Below are positions 25,938-38,400 of a stretch of DNA of 64,000 nucleotides, piece after piece. The DNA is taken from NCBI GenBank assembly GCA_965153285.1, contig OZ229112.1, one strand, 5' to 3'. The notes under the pieces are model-generated. The model was not told the origin of the DNA and made no database searches. It was given only the letters and a program-made list of their open reading frames with translations. The DNA is from Podarcis tiliguerta (taxonomy: Eukaryota). The number at the start of each line of letters is the position of its first letter. The first letter of the stretch is position 1. The translations under genes and the position numbers were made by a program.

Positions 25938-26135
25938 GCTCCCCCGGGGCCGCCACGCGCTAGACCTGAGCTGCGCGGCTTCCAATGTTCGATCAGAACT
26001 TTACCCGGGAAATCGACCGCGCGCGTCCTCAGCACAAATCTTGCTAAGCGACGCTGGTCTCCAGGGAAACAGGCACACACTGCAGAGCTTGTAGATTGGA
26101 GGGGACGGCTGATTAGTTCTTCTCGCGAGAGGTCT
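25770..26135 (-). promoter_or_regulatory. CCDC170 CpG-island promoter with two RFX X-box-like sites, a CCAAT box and a TCTCGCGAGA palindrome
   Basis: CpG-rich island. GTCTCCAGGGAAAC at 26057-26070; CTTGCTAAGCGAC at 26040-26052 (GTCGCTTAGCAAG on minus); ATTGG at about 26095; TCTCGCGAGA at 26121-26130. Confidence 0.7.
25818..25937 (-). CDS. CCDC170: CCDC170 exon 1, coding part (40 codons)
   Basis: ATG in a CpG-rich patch with A at -3 (GGAGCATGA); encodes MRSSSSSSRGGSASARLIDVTSNAPLLLPPASAAASLEAE; phase-0 donor GAG|gtatgg matches phase-0 exon 2. Confidence 0.75.
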
Positions 26136-26867
26136 TGAAGTTGGATTTTATCCAACTGAATAACGTTTGTTTGTCTTCCCCTCCAAATGTTTGGGAACTG
26201 GGCAAGGAAAGCATTGCCCTCCGTATCAGGTTAGGCTGGTGGTGGCACCAGAAAAGCTGGCGAGGCTTAATGACTTCCAACAGTTTACAGGCTGAGTTAG
26301 AACGAAAGTTAATTTGTAATTTCCTGCAGGTGGGTAGGGAGAATTTGAAACGCCTTTTCCACACATTGTATTGTTGCGCTTTAAAATCTTGTATTCTTAG
26401 CAAATTCTCTATGCGTTTCGTGCACACTTTAAGTGCTATAGGCGATATACACCTAAGTATGAAACAGTCCTAAGTTTAGAGCTTTGACGACAAATGGCTG
26501 CTCTTTTTTATTCTTTCTTTTAAAATATTATATCCTGTTTTCCTGTTTCATTGTTTTTTTAATGATAAAAATGTAAACATATCAAATATATTAAAAGCTT
26601 AAACACTTTAAAAGGAGAGCAGATACAGCATCATAGGTATTCCACGGAGCAAAAAAATAGAGTTAGAAGGAAGCATGAAGGTTTTTTAACCAAATTCTCT
26701 GCTAAATGCACAGTCTGCAGTGATGCAACCACAGTATAGTCGACAGATATTGCTGACATACGGCTGGCCAGCCTCTGCTTAAATACCTCCAGCAAAGGAG
26801 AGCACTTCTCCCTAGGTAGTTGGTTCCTTGTTGAACAATTTCTACCTTGGGAAAGTTTATCCTAGTG

Positions 26868-26989
26868 CAGGGATGGCTGGCCTTTCAGATGTTGTTGGAC
26901 TGCAATTCCCAACTATTGGAAATGCTGGCTGGGTCTGATGGAAATTGGAATCCTACACCATCTGGAGGGCCACAGGTTAACTATCCCTG
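26868..26989. mobile_element. Older hAT-type MITE
   Basis: CAGGGAT...ATCCCTG ends; TSD TCCTAGTG/TCCTATTG. Confidence 0.75.
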
Positions 26990-29830
26990 TCCTATTGTTT
27001 ATCTGAAATCTGCTTTTCTGCAGTTTCCACCATTGGTTCTTCTTTTGCCCTCTGGAGCAGTAGGGAACGAGTCTTCAGATATCTGAAGACTGCCATAATG
27101 GCACATCACATCAATTGCTCCACTTTTGCCTCCATCTCTAACCGGTGGCCCCCAGAAGGTTGCCCAAAACGGAATGTGGCCCTTGGGCTGAAAAAAAATC
27201 CCCACCCCTGCTGTGACTAACACATAAAGTTTGTAAGTACCTAGCACAAATGATCCTGGATTTCTTTGCCTGAAATCTGGCACATTTCTTACCTTTCCTT
27301 ATGCCTGCAATTTTCAGACTGATTGCCCTGCCCCGCAATGTGAACCTTGCCCTTTCAGGAAAGCCACTGCAGCTATCCTTCTGAAATTTGGCAGGAATAA
27401 TGTCCCCAGAAGGGACGCTATTTCTTGCAAATTTCATACAGTTCTTTCTTTATATATATATATAAATTAGAGAGTGATCCTTTAAGGTATTTAATCAGCA
27501 ATGGAACTTCTGGATTTATTTGTCTGTAATTTATCCACTCTGGAGGGGCTACCGTGCCCTCAGATTTCATCTGCTTTTATAAAGGGGGTATGAAGGTATA
27601 CCCGTTGTTTGAATTCCTGCTAGTGAAGTGGGGTCTGGGGAGAGGAGGTAGAGAAAATGAAGTGGACTCGAATGGATGAATTGGATTGGAGAACCCACTA
27701 ATACACTGAATGGAAGCTTTCTGTTTTACAAACTGCTGAATCCAAACTGAAAATTAGGCTGGTACATAACCATATTATTTTACCTTGCTAAGTAGGTAAG
27801 GAGAGAACTGATGGCATGAAACAGTGTTTCAAATAATGACCATTTTAATGATTGATATCCTACCTTGTCCTCCCAAATCGTGTCTTTTAACTTAATACGC
27901 CAAAAATTGGGATCTTAAAGTGCCGACTGCGAAAGAATTCAGCTTCTATTCCCAATTACAATTAACTAGTTAGAACTGAGGCCAGCTTATGAAATTCATT
28001 AGACTTCTAGGTCATCTCCCTTAGAAATCATATTTCAGCCCATAAAAGTCTATTGGTAAAGGTTTGTAAAATCCAGAACACTTAGTAAAAATCTCAGATA
28101 AGCCTTTAATCTTTTTGTGGAAACTTAGAAAACAATTTAAATTTTCTACTTGGGCAAGCTTCCACTAGAGTCCACTACTCATTTTTTAATTATTTATCAG
28201 TAGTGGGAGTGTGGGATTTTCATGACCCTCTTTAGATATATTTTAATCAGCTTTTTAAAGTGTGCCAATTTCCTTTCCAAAAGGAGAACTCTCTCCTATT
28301 AATAAAAAGAGAAAGGAGGGAACAAAGCCTTTGTTCTTCTTGTGGACCACTTTGCCTTGTCTATGATAATCGCCAGAACTTTGGACAGGATGTTAGATAG
28401 ATTAGATTTTTTTTTGCTGACTACCAGATATCCATGTACCCAAGATTTATTACAAACTGGCATTCTACCCGTAACATATGTAGAATCTTGTTTATAGAAG
28501 ATCTTCAGAAAGAGGGAGGGGAGCAGATATAATTAGTATGTTTTTACTACCACTACATTGCATGAATAGAGATGTTATCATCAGGAAGATCAAGCTTTTG
28601 AGCTAAGAAAAGTACTGCGTTTTCAGACTAAAATGTTGAAAATGCATTCTATTTAATTGCCTCTATTTCTAGAGAACATAAAAGATTCTAGCATTTGCTA
28701 AGCACAAAACCTACAGTAACACAGAGAAACTGTGACTTGGCTTCTGACATGTCTGAATATGTATATATTATTTGTGTAGTTATCACTTCTGCATGCATTT
28801 ATCCCATGCAGCATCAGTAATTCTTAAACCTGTAAACTACTATGAGACCTCATACACAGATGAACACGTGTAATACACTGAAACCATATACTTTATGTGT
28901 ATTTTGTATGCATTGTGAGGAGCAGCAAGTCTACAAATAAAAATGGCTTTTGGTGCAAAAATTCACATTATTTGGCAAAGTGAGACCTTTTGTTCAGTCT
29001 ACAGGACTCTGTAAAGTGTCATGTACATTGGTAGCATAATAAGAAACTGTACCAACACCTGAAAGTTCTTATTATAATGGTATGATTTAACTGTAGTCTA
29101 GTGATGCTGGTGTATGGGACACTGGTACAAAAACTGTCAGATACAGGGAATGTATGGCTCTCCAACAGGTGCTCAGTACCCCTGAACACCCCTGGTGTCT
29201 GCTGTGGGCCAAAGAAAAAGTGGTCTCACGTATGTTTATGTTCTTGCCTACAATATCAATTTTAAATATAAATATATAGCAAACACACATACACATACAC
29301 AATTTTCATCAGGGCCATAATATGCAAGAAGGAGAGATTCCATATTTTCATCTTCCAACACAATCCTAATGAAATACAGACACAGAGCTATTAGACTTAG
29401 GAGAAAAGCTCAGCTAATAACTTAATTTTTTTCATAAGGCTTGTGGTTAAGAAAAAAATGGGTTAAAGTTAAACCTCCCCTCTGCATGTTGTGATCTTGA
29501 TGGCAATCATGTTCTCTTGCTGCTGGTGTGGCTTCTAATTAGCATTTTGTATCTCATCTAGTTTGATTGTGTGTTGTCCCTATAAAGTAGTGATGGATAA
29601 TGCATATATTAAATGCCACAACAAATACAATGGGTGTGTGGCTAGCTCCAAAGCTAAATGGTGACATAATTTTATGTCTTTGAATATGATGGGGCAAAAA
29701 TCTAATTGAAAGACAACCATAGGCTTTGGAATAAAAAAATTTTTTACACACCAGGAATGGTAAAGATTCAAGGATTTTGAGGATCTAAATGCAAGACCAC
29801 ATGTTTAGATCTATTTAAAAAGAAAGCAAA

Positions 29831-30370
29831 TTGAAGGCTCAATATCTGAGGGCTCACACAAGGCCTCAGATAGTGATATGTCTAAAGGCAACACTTGCCC
29901 ACAGAAAGGTGGGACAGTGGCAGCACTTATGGAGGTCGATTAGAGACTCTGATTCCTATACTGACAGAATTTGCCAAGCCCTAATATGTGACTGGACCAC
30001 TGCATTGGCACCACTTGCACAGAAATTTGAAAACCTTTCTAATCAAATAAAAGACATCTTTCAAACTGCAAATGAAGCACTGATTTTTGCCACCACTAAT
30101 CAGTCTGAAATACAATAACTGCATATGGCCACGAATTCTTGCCCTACAGCTCGAGGAACAACCAGAAAGAAATAGATGTAAACATTTTTAATCAGCCTAC
30201 CAGAGAATTAGGAAGGGTGAGATATGACCAAATCATCTGTGGAACACTTTGGGTGGATTGGATACTAACATTGAATATAAATACCCTCAATCAATAACAG
30301 ATGTGGAGAGGCACACAGAGTCCCTGGAGGCTTAAATATTATGCAAAATGTGATTAGAGGTGATATTATG
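29831..30370 (+). mobile_element. Degraded L1-clade LINE ORF1 remnant
   Basis: Coiled-coil-like ORF at 29831-30118, then LISLPEN*EG*DM (30188-30226) and a frameshifted VERAHRVP (30303-30325), which are hallmark L1 ORF1 RRM motifs. Confidence 0.6.
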
Positions 30371-30719
30371 TACTATGCAAATTGATGATGCTATATGGAG
30401 AACAGGGTTTGTAGATTGTCTCAAAAAGTCATTATTTGTCACAGTACAATAGACCTAGTTCTCACAAACAGTACAAGAGCTGGTAAACCTATGTCTGGAC
30501 AGTTCCATTTTGGACTGTGCATGTGATTTAATGATTTACCATTCCATCATATTGAAAAGTGGGGATAAGGGTTTCTACACATAGAAAACATAGGTTATCC
30601 TTGACCATTAGCAATGATGACTGGGGCTGATGGGAGCTGTAGTCCAAATCATCTGTGGAACACTGTGTTGGCTACACAAAGAGGCATATTGGTAACATTG
30701 TATCAGAGAAATTGAGACA

Positions 30720-30905
30720 CAGCTGTAGCTCAGTGGTAGAGTAGCTGTTTTGCATGCAGAAGGTCCCAGGTTCAATCTCTGGCAACTGCTGGTAGGGATG
30801 GGAGAGAGCCCCTATCTGAACAGCAGCTGCCAGTCACTATAGACAGTATTGAGTTAGATGGACCAATGGTCTGACTGAGTGTAATGTAGCGTCCTATATT
30901 CCTAT
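30720..30905 (+). mobile_element. tRNA-derived SINE (Squam2-type)
   Basis: tRNA-like head gtagctcagtggtagag...ggttcaatctctggca, SINE body, CR1-like tcctatattcctat tail. Confidence 0.85.
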
Positions 30906-31308
30906 AAAGGTTATTAGAAACTGAACTTTGTTTCACGAACATCTTCTAGTTTAAGGTACAGACTCAGGTATACGTCTGTTGGAAAATAGCTATTGTGATT
31001 TTGAGAGGCTACCTTAAATAGACATTGTTTCCATCCCAAACATGGGCCTGAAATTGGATTTGAATGTATCCTAATTATCATCCAGAGCCATCCAAAACAC
31101 TCCCTCTCCTGTTTCTTTAATCCACGGATGGGGAAGCTATGGTTGTCTAACTCCAATCAATTCTTAACATTGGGGCTGATAAGAGTTGGAGTCTCAAGAA
31201 CATCGGAAAGGGCCACAGATTCCTCATTTCTGCTTTAATCTACTGTTGACCAATGCATGCAGCTGCTATACTGAAGAAATTATTGAGATGCTTATTTACA
31301 TGTGTTAT

Positions 31309-31314
31309 TTTATT
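31309..31314 (-). terminator. Candidate polyadenylation signal of ARMT1-A
   Basis: AATAAA on the minus strand about 375 nt after the stop, a similar distance to that in copy B. Confidence 0.5.
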
Positions 31315-31688
31315 AAATTTTGTCCAAAGCAGCTATAAAAATGTCTGCTAAAGAACTGTAAATGTAACATATAACACAAGGCAAAGTGCTGCACTGTAAT
31401 AACTAAAACAGTATAAGAAGACAGATGCAGGCAAACCATTAAAACATGCACTTCTTGACCCTACCCAAAAATATTTTAAGAATAGAGGAAAGATAGCCTT
31501 TAAGATGGTTCTGATACTTTAAGAATAACAGGGAAGGGTTTGTAAACTTTCACAATTGCACACAACTTTAAAAATCTGAAGATCTGTAGAAGAAAATAAA
31601 TAACATTAATATTGAACCCCAGTAAACCTTCCAATCTTAAACATCATAAACAGTGTTCATGAACAGTGCAATGCTTTACACAAGCCAA

Positions 31689-32450
31689 TCATGAAGCAGC
31701 ATCAAACTGAATTATTCCATATTTCCCAATGATCATCCATTCAGGTTCAGTTTTAGTAAGCTGTTCACCTTGCCCAGGTTTCAGCCCAACCTGGATATCA
31801 CATTTTAGCGTTCTTAAGCTACAGAGAGGGGCAGGGTGAAAATTGTTCAAGGCTTGATGGAACGGCACTGTGAATTCCCACTTCCGATCAGCTATCAACT
31901 TTCTGTAGTTCAAATCACCTTTAAAAACAATTAAATTTGACTTCTGCAATTCACTGTACAAATCAGGAGCCACTTGAGCCATCCTACAATATTCATGCGG
32001 CGAGGTCCAGAACAAGTGATCATGATAAATCCAAGCGCCATTTTTCAAATAGCCCTCCCAGCAGACACCACACCTAGACAACCCCTTGTGATTAGCTGAC
32101 TGCATTTGCTTAATTGTCCAATTCAGGTCACGCCTTGTAGTATCTGACACATACCATGGGATGCTTTTTCCATGGAAATGAATTTCAGTAGCTAACTTGG
32201 AGGATAACAAGAAGTCAGCCAGTATAAGGTCAGCAGTAAGTTCAAAACCAGCATTATCCAGGACTATGTCAAGTCTAGTAGTCTGCTTATTCATGTTCTT
32301 TTTGTTTATAAGCAGTGACCAAAGCATTTCCATGTGATCCACCAAGATAAAAGGTTTTAACTCTTCCACAGACAGTAATGGGTCAGACTTCTGAGAATTA
32401 TCTGCCCCAGCTGACATTGACAGGTCACACTTATTACCCCACAGAGAAAC
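31689..32450 (-). CDS. ARMT1: ARMT1-A exon 5 (catalytic domain, 762 nt including TGA)
   Basis: tttag|GTTTCT; encodes VSLWGNKCDLSMSAG...LDNAGFEL...GDLNYRK...RTLK...QFDAAS*. Confidence 0.97.
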   Translation of the reverse strand, partial: VSLWGNKCDLSMSAGADNSQKSDPLLSVEELKPFILVDHMEMLWSLLINKKNMNKQTTRLDIVLDNAGFELTADLILADFLLSSKLATEIHFHGKSIPWYVSDTTRRDLNWTIKQMQSANHKGLSRCGVCWEGYLKNGAWIYHDHLFWTSPHEYCRMAQVAPDLYSELQKSNLIVFKGDLNYRKLIADRKWEFTVPFHQALNNFHPAPLCSLRTLKCDIQVGLKPGQGEQLTKTEPEWMIIGKYGIIQFDAAS

Positions 32451-35400
32451 CTAAAGAAGGAAAAAGTACACCTTAATCTGTATGCCAAGTGATCCTTGCT
32501 CTACTATACACCATGTGCATCTTCGAGGACTGCAGTTGAGGGGCTACTGAGAGTTCTGCTTGTTGTAACAGGAGAAAGTAGGTCAGAATTGGAGTATTTC
32601 TTTTTACTTCCATTGAAACCAATGTGAAAAGGCAGTGGGTTAATTCCCAAGAGGCAAGTATAACATTAATAAAATTTAATAAGAAATGTAAGAAAAATGA
32701 GAATTAATCCACTTCTTTTGACCTTGAACAGGCTTAGGAAGTAGCAGTTTCTCTGCCAAGACGCACTTACTGTTCTTTCAGGTTCCAATCCACTAAGCTA
32801 GGGAACCTCAGGCTCAGGGGGCCAATGTGACCCTCCAGTTCTCCTTCCTCCTTCTAATGTGTTATGTATGAAACACCTGTTAGTGAAAGAACGTAACTAG
32901 TGATTTTGGGACGCAAACCACAGAGCCTAGGACTTGCCGATCAGAAGGTCAGTGGTTCGAATCCCCACAACGGGGTGAGCTCCCGTTGCTCAGTCCCTGC
33001 TCCTGCCAACCTAGCAGTTCGAAAGCACGTCAGAGTGCAAGTAGATGAATAGGTACCCCTCCGGCAGGAAAGTAAATGGCATTTCCATGTGCTGCTCTGG
33101 TTCGCCAGAAGCGGCTTAGTCATGCTGGCCACATGACCCGGAAGCTGTACACCAATGCTCCCAATAAATCGAGATGAGCTGTACGCCAATAAATCGAGAT
33201 GAGTGCCGCAACCCCAGAGTCGGTTACGACTGGACCTAATGGTCAGGGGTCCCTTTACCTTTAACAAGTGATGTTACAGAAAAGTTGAGGCCAAAGTGTA
33301 ATTAATATAGTTTCTGCTGATGCATTTAGCAGTTTTCTGCAGATGGGTTATATGATTAATCTCTCAGTATAAAGCAGACTCCTGATTTAGCTAAGAAGGG
33401 ATGGGGAACCTGTGGCCCTCCCAATGTTCGACTTCTAACTTCCATCATCCCCATCAAACATGGCCAATATATGTGCCTTCCTGTAGCCCTATTTCATTTT
33501 GGAGAGGCCTTTAAATGTTGTAGAAACTTTCTGAACCTTCTCTCTCACAGTAAAAGCTGTGGCAATATTTTTGGCAGCATGCCCTAATCAGGTTTTGGCA
33601 AAGGAGAGATCAATACCTATGAATTAATAGTTTGGCAAACTACAAAAACAAGAAGCAAGCTAACGATAATAATTGATATACTGTTTTCTGAAGAATCATC
33701 ATAGGAAGGTATGTGTATGACTGAGAATAAATGCCAGAAACTCTCCATAAAAATATTTTTGCCTTAGTTGTTAAATCCACTATGTGCATGGAACAGATTT
33801 GGGGTTCCATGTATTATTCCAGGTCATTTGTCATGCTTGTTTCTGGGTCTCAGTAGTAACTGAGGTTTATAAGATAGGAACTCACTTAAAATGATTCTGA
33901 TGGCCTGAATAGTTTCTGAACATATTATCACTAATGGTTTCCATTAGGTCATATTTGAAACTAGATATTTAAACTGGATTTTAACATTACAGAATATGTG
34001 CAACAGATAAATTATTTAAACAAAAAGTACTGCCAATTTTACCTGTAGCAGCTTCAAAAATTCTTCCTTCAGGGATTTTTCATCTAGGCCCTTTATGTTT
34101 TTCAACAGCTCTTGTAGATAGGTGCTTAAAACAATAATAGCTTCCTGAGATTCAAAGAAACCATGATCCTTTTCTTTTTTAAATACATCATAGTCACTGA
34201 TGGGTGGACTAAACAGAAGGGATAGAAACATAATAATACATTAGTCTTTGACATCACTAAATGCCAAAAACTTTCTCCCATAGCCGTTGCAGTCTCTGCT
34301 GAGACTGTAGTATGTCATGTCTAGTATGGTGCTGTGGGATCAATGTAAGCTGATGGGGCCTGAAGATGTGGACACAGTCATGGGTGTAGCAAGGATTTAT
34401 GGGGGGGGGGCAGAACCTCGGTTAGTTAAGTATTTTTATTGATTTACTTGCTCGGGGGGGCAGTTGACCCCCCCCCGACTACACCCACGGACACAGTGCT
34501 TGCAGCAGTGTGTTCAAGCTCTCTTGACAGGATAGGTTCAGAATGTAGCTCACAGTTCTCTGTATAAGGGTCCCAGGTGTCCTGAAGGAGAGAGTAGTGT
34601 GGTCACTTCCTCTTTTTTTTTAAAGAGATTTTCTTGTGTTACAAAAGAAACAAATAAATGGGGAAAAGTACATATAGCATCTCAGTTTCTGAGCCTTTTT
34701 CACAGTTCATTTACATTGTGTATGAGACACTGTCATTCTAGAAATGCAGTTGGGGGAAAAGAGAGGGGAGAGGTGGAACAATAACGTTACAGTGGATGCT
34801 CAGGTTGCGAACGTAATCCGTTCGGGATGCACATTCGCAACCCACAGTGGCGGGTCTGCACATGCATGGGTTGCGATTCGGCGCTTCTGCACATAGCACG
34901 ATTTAGTGCTTCTGTGCATGCGCGACCGCTGAAACCCGGAAGTAACCCCCTCCAGTACTTCTGGGTTTCGGCAGTCCGTAACCCCCCCCCCAAAAAAAAG
35001 CAACCTGAAGCATCTGTAACCCGAGGTATGACTGTATTTTGTTCTATTGCATAGCGTTTGTGTATGTTATCATGTCAGCATCATATGGGTAGAGCTTTTA
35101 TTTGTACATTTAATTTTTATTGGCATTGCGAGAGAGGGTCCAGAGCCTGGTTGGTTGCATTCAGTTGGTTTCAGGATGGTTTGTTTGTGAGTGTGAGGGT
35201 TGTTGGGTCAGGTTAGTCATATTTCATATGCTGCTTGTGGAGGGGATAGGTTGTTGTCTTGTGCTGTGTATGTGATAAAGGGGAACCACTGGGATGAAGG
35301 CGTCACTCTCCACTTGATAAGAGTTGTGTGCTGCTGATGGAAAGCCTGTTTAAAAACCTATCTTGGCTGACTATAGCCTACCAGGCCAAATTCACAGTTT

Positions 35401-38400
35401 TACTGTTAGTATATAGACCTAAACAGCTTGGAATCAGCTGACTTGAGGAACCACCTTTCCCCATATACCTGATATTTTAAGTTGGAGATGCAGCTAAGGG
35501 TTCCATGTTTGTGTTGCTTCTACAAGACAGAAGGCATTTAAGCATGATTGCACCTAGGTTGTGGAACTCCTTGCCTATTACTATTAAGCAAGCACCATTG
35601 GTACTTTGTTTCAGCTGCCTATGTTAAGACTCTTGTTGACACAGTACTTTTCTGCTATATAAAGTAACTCAACTGTCCAGTGATATGCAGTTTGCTGCTG
35701 GCAAACTATTTTTGTGTTGTTTTATGGATGTGTTATGCTCGCCACTGCTTACTATCTGTTATATAAACCTATGTACTTACTTCTGAGCGAGTGCCTCATG
35801 AATTCTACGATACATATAACACTCTGTATATAGCCAAGGAGACTGAAACCAGCTTGGTGGTCCATCTGATAATTTTTGATGATATTCTAAGCACTGGTTC
35901 CACAGAGTGGTGTCAGGGAGGCTGTCATTCAAGGCAGTCAGTGGCTTGTCTGCCTGCAGCTCATCTCGTAACTTGGTCAGAAGGACTATAACTTTCTTCT
36001 CTGCTTCAATACCTTTCTAAAATAAAGTAGGAAATTAATATTTTCAATCAAATGTGTGTGTTGATAAAACTTACTCCCCCCCCACAAAAAAACAAATCTT
36101 ATTTGATAAATAAAGTGCTTTCAGCACCAGAACAGCTATAAAAAGTCTTTTTCTCAGGAGTTCCTATCAAAAGTGCAAATCCAGAGGGCATAGCTCTCAG
36201 AGCAGGGAACATGACAAACAACATAGTATTTGAATTAAGCTGAAAGAACATTGGCATTGCTAACCTGTCTGTGATACTGGATGTTAATCAAGTAAATATG
36301 ATTTAAAGTTAGAAACAAATTTCTAAGATGGGGGTTGCCAACCCATGGGACATGGTGGTGCCTGAAAGACTTTAACTGGTGCCCCTAGACACGGTAAGTT
36401 ATAAAGGAAAATGTAGATATGCTTATAAGCAATTTCTGTGAAATGAGCAAACCTGGCTGCTTCTGTCAGGTGTTTTTGCTGATGAGTGAAGTCAGAGCTG
36501 TGGTTTGGGCACTAGGTAATAGGAATCCACAGTCTTAAAGAGAAGCTGTTTCTACCTCCCCTTAAATGTCCTTTTCCTTTTCCTGCTTCTGTCTTGTTTT
36601 GTGTGCAAAACTTCAACAGATTAGGCATGCAGTCCTGGGAAGTTTCAGTGTGATTGTATCCTTAATTTTGTGTTATGCCATAGCCACTCCCATAGCAGTC
36701 ATGTTGCTATATTACACCTCCCATGGTAGCCATTTTGTGACAGGAACCCCCAGCATGGTCTCAAAGTTAAAAACTTAAGGCCAATGAAAATACCTGGCAG
36801 CAGATTCAGGACAAAAGAAAATGCTTGTTCACACAAAGCATATTTTATTGATATCACTGCGCACAATATGTGACTGCCACAAGTTAAATGGCTTGAATGG
36901 GAATGGCAAATTCATGGGGAAGAAAAGTCTTATCACTATCTAATAGTAACAATGGCTACAGAGAACCTCCATGTTCAGAAACAGTTATGCTACTGCAAGC
37001 CAGTTGATAGTGAAAGGCAGTGGAAGTTGCCTATTCCCTTCATAGTATCTAGTTTGCCACTGGAGAAGCATAATGCTGGATAAGACAGATCTCTGGTCTG
37101 ATCTAGCATGGCTCTTCACAAGTTCAAATGAAAGCTGATGTTTTCTAGGCATTTGAAACAATTATCAAAAGGTACAGGAAGACCTAAGATTTTCAATAAA
37201 ATATCAAGAGAGAAAAGGTCAAATATACTTATTTCTTACTTCACCATGTTCTTCAAAGAATTCATTTTTATGTTGCTCCAGATTATTGATAACTCTAGTC
37301 AGGATTATTGGCAGCTTGTCTTTAATTGTATTGTATGCAAAGGATCTATGAAGAACAAAATATTATATCTATATAATATCTAAATGTATTTGTATTGTAA
37401 TGTATCCTTTTCTTAGGATTTAAATATTTTTAATATCTCAACTTTCTCCCTGTGTAGGACCCAAAGTGGCTCGCAGCATAAATTAAAACATACAACTAAA
37501 AACATAGTTATAAAGAAACATTCCCTGCATAGTCTGCTTCCTAAACACACATCACAGTAGGGTTGGTTGGCCCATTATGGAATATAGAGCACTGTCCTAT
37601 CATCGTCTTGGCTCCTGCCTTCTAACATAGCCAGCCCAGGGGGTGGACCTGGTTGTCAGTTTCCTCCTCCTTAGCCTCAGTGCTTTCTTTGTGGAGTTTG
37701 GAAGTAATGCGAATGGGTACAAAAGTAGGATTAGTTGGTCTCCCCTGTCATTAGCTTTACCTACTGTTGGCTCCCTACCAGTCATCAGGTCAGGAATAGA
37801 ACTATTAACGTCCTATGTGGACACTTCCACATAGCAGTTTCTGGAGTGAAAAAACAAAAAGCCAAAACTATTGGATTTTCCAAAAAAACCGTAAATTCAT
37901 GTTAAATAGGGAAATACCTTGGTACATTTTGATGTGGCTGTGAGGATTCAGGTAAGGAGCACAGTGTGCACATCACACTGCTGTATGGAAGAGCCTTCAT
38001 TCCCTTCATCCAACTGTCATTTCCCAACTGTCACTCCATGCTCCCTCCAACTCTTATATTCTAAGTTGTTTTTATTATCTGTATTCTAAAACGATTCGTT
38101 TTTCTATTGTTTTAATTCCCTTACACTTTTATTAAGATCATTTTTGCAAGTTTTTAGCTTTTCATATTTCATCCGCCTTGTTGTCATTTGTGCAAGCCGC
38201 TTTCAATCCCGGTCGGGGGGGGGGGAGGGGAATATAATAACAACTGTCCTGTTGAACACAGTGGGATTTATGCCATGAGAGAGAAAACGCTTACGATGCT
38301 CTTGCTAGTCAAGGAGCATGGAAAAGTGATTTAAGATAAAATCTTATTAAAGCCTTGCGCGAAAAAGGAGACTTTGGACACCGGCCATGTGCCCAAAGCA

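Noticed and set aside
30720-30795. tRNA gene (also the heads at 21628 and 32908)
   Set aside because: Degenerate cloverleaf running straight into SINE body and tail.
31689-32450. The long single ARMT1 ORFs as processed retrocopies or pseudogenes
   Set aside because: Each is the naturally long last exon with a proper acceptor, and each copy has all four upstream exons in frame.
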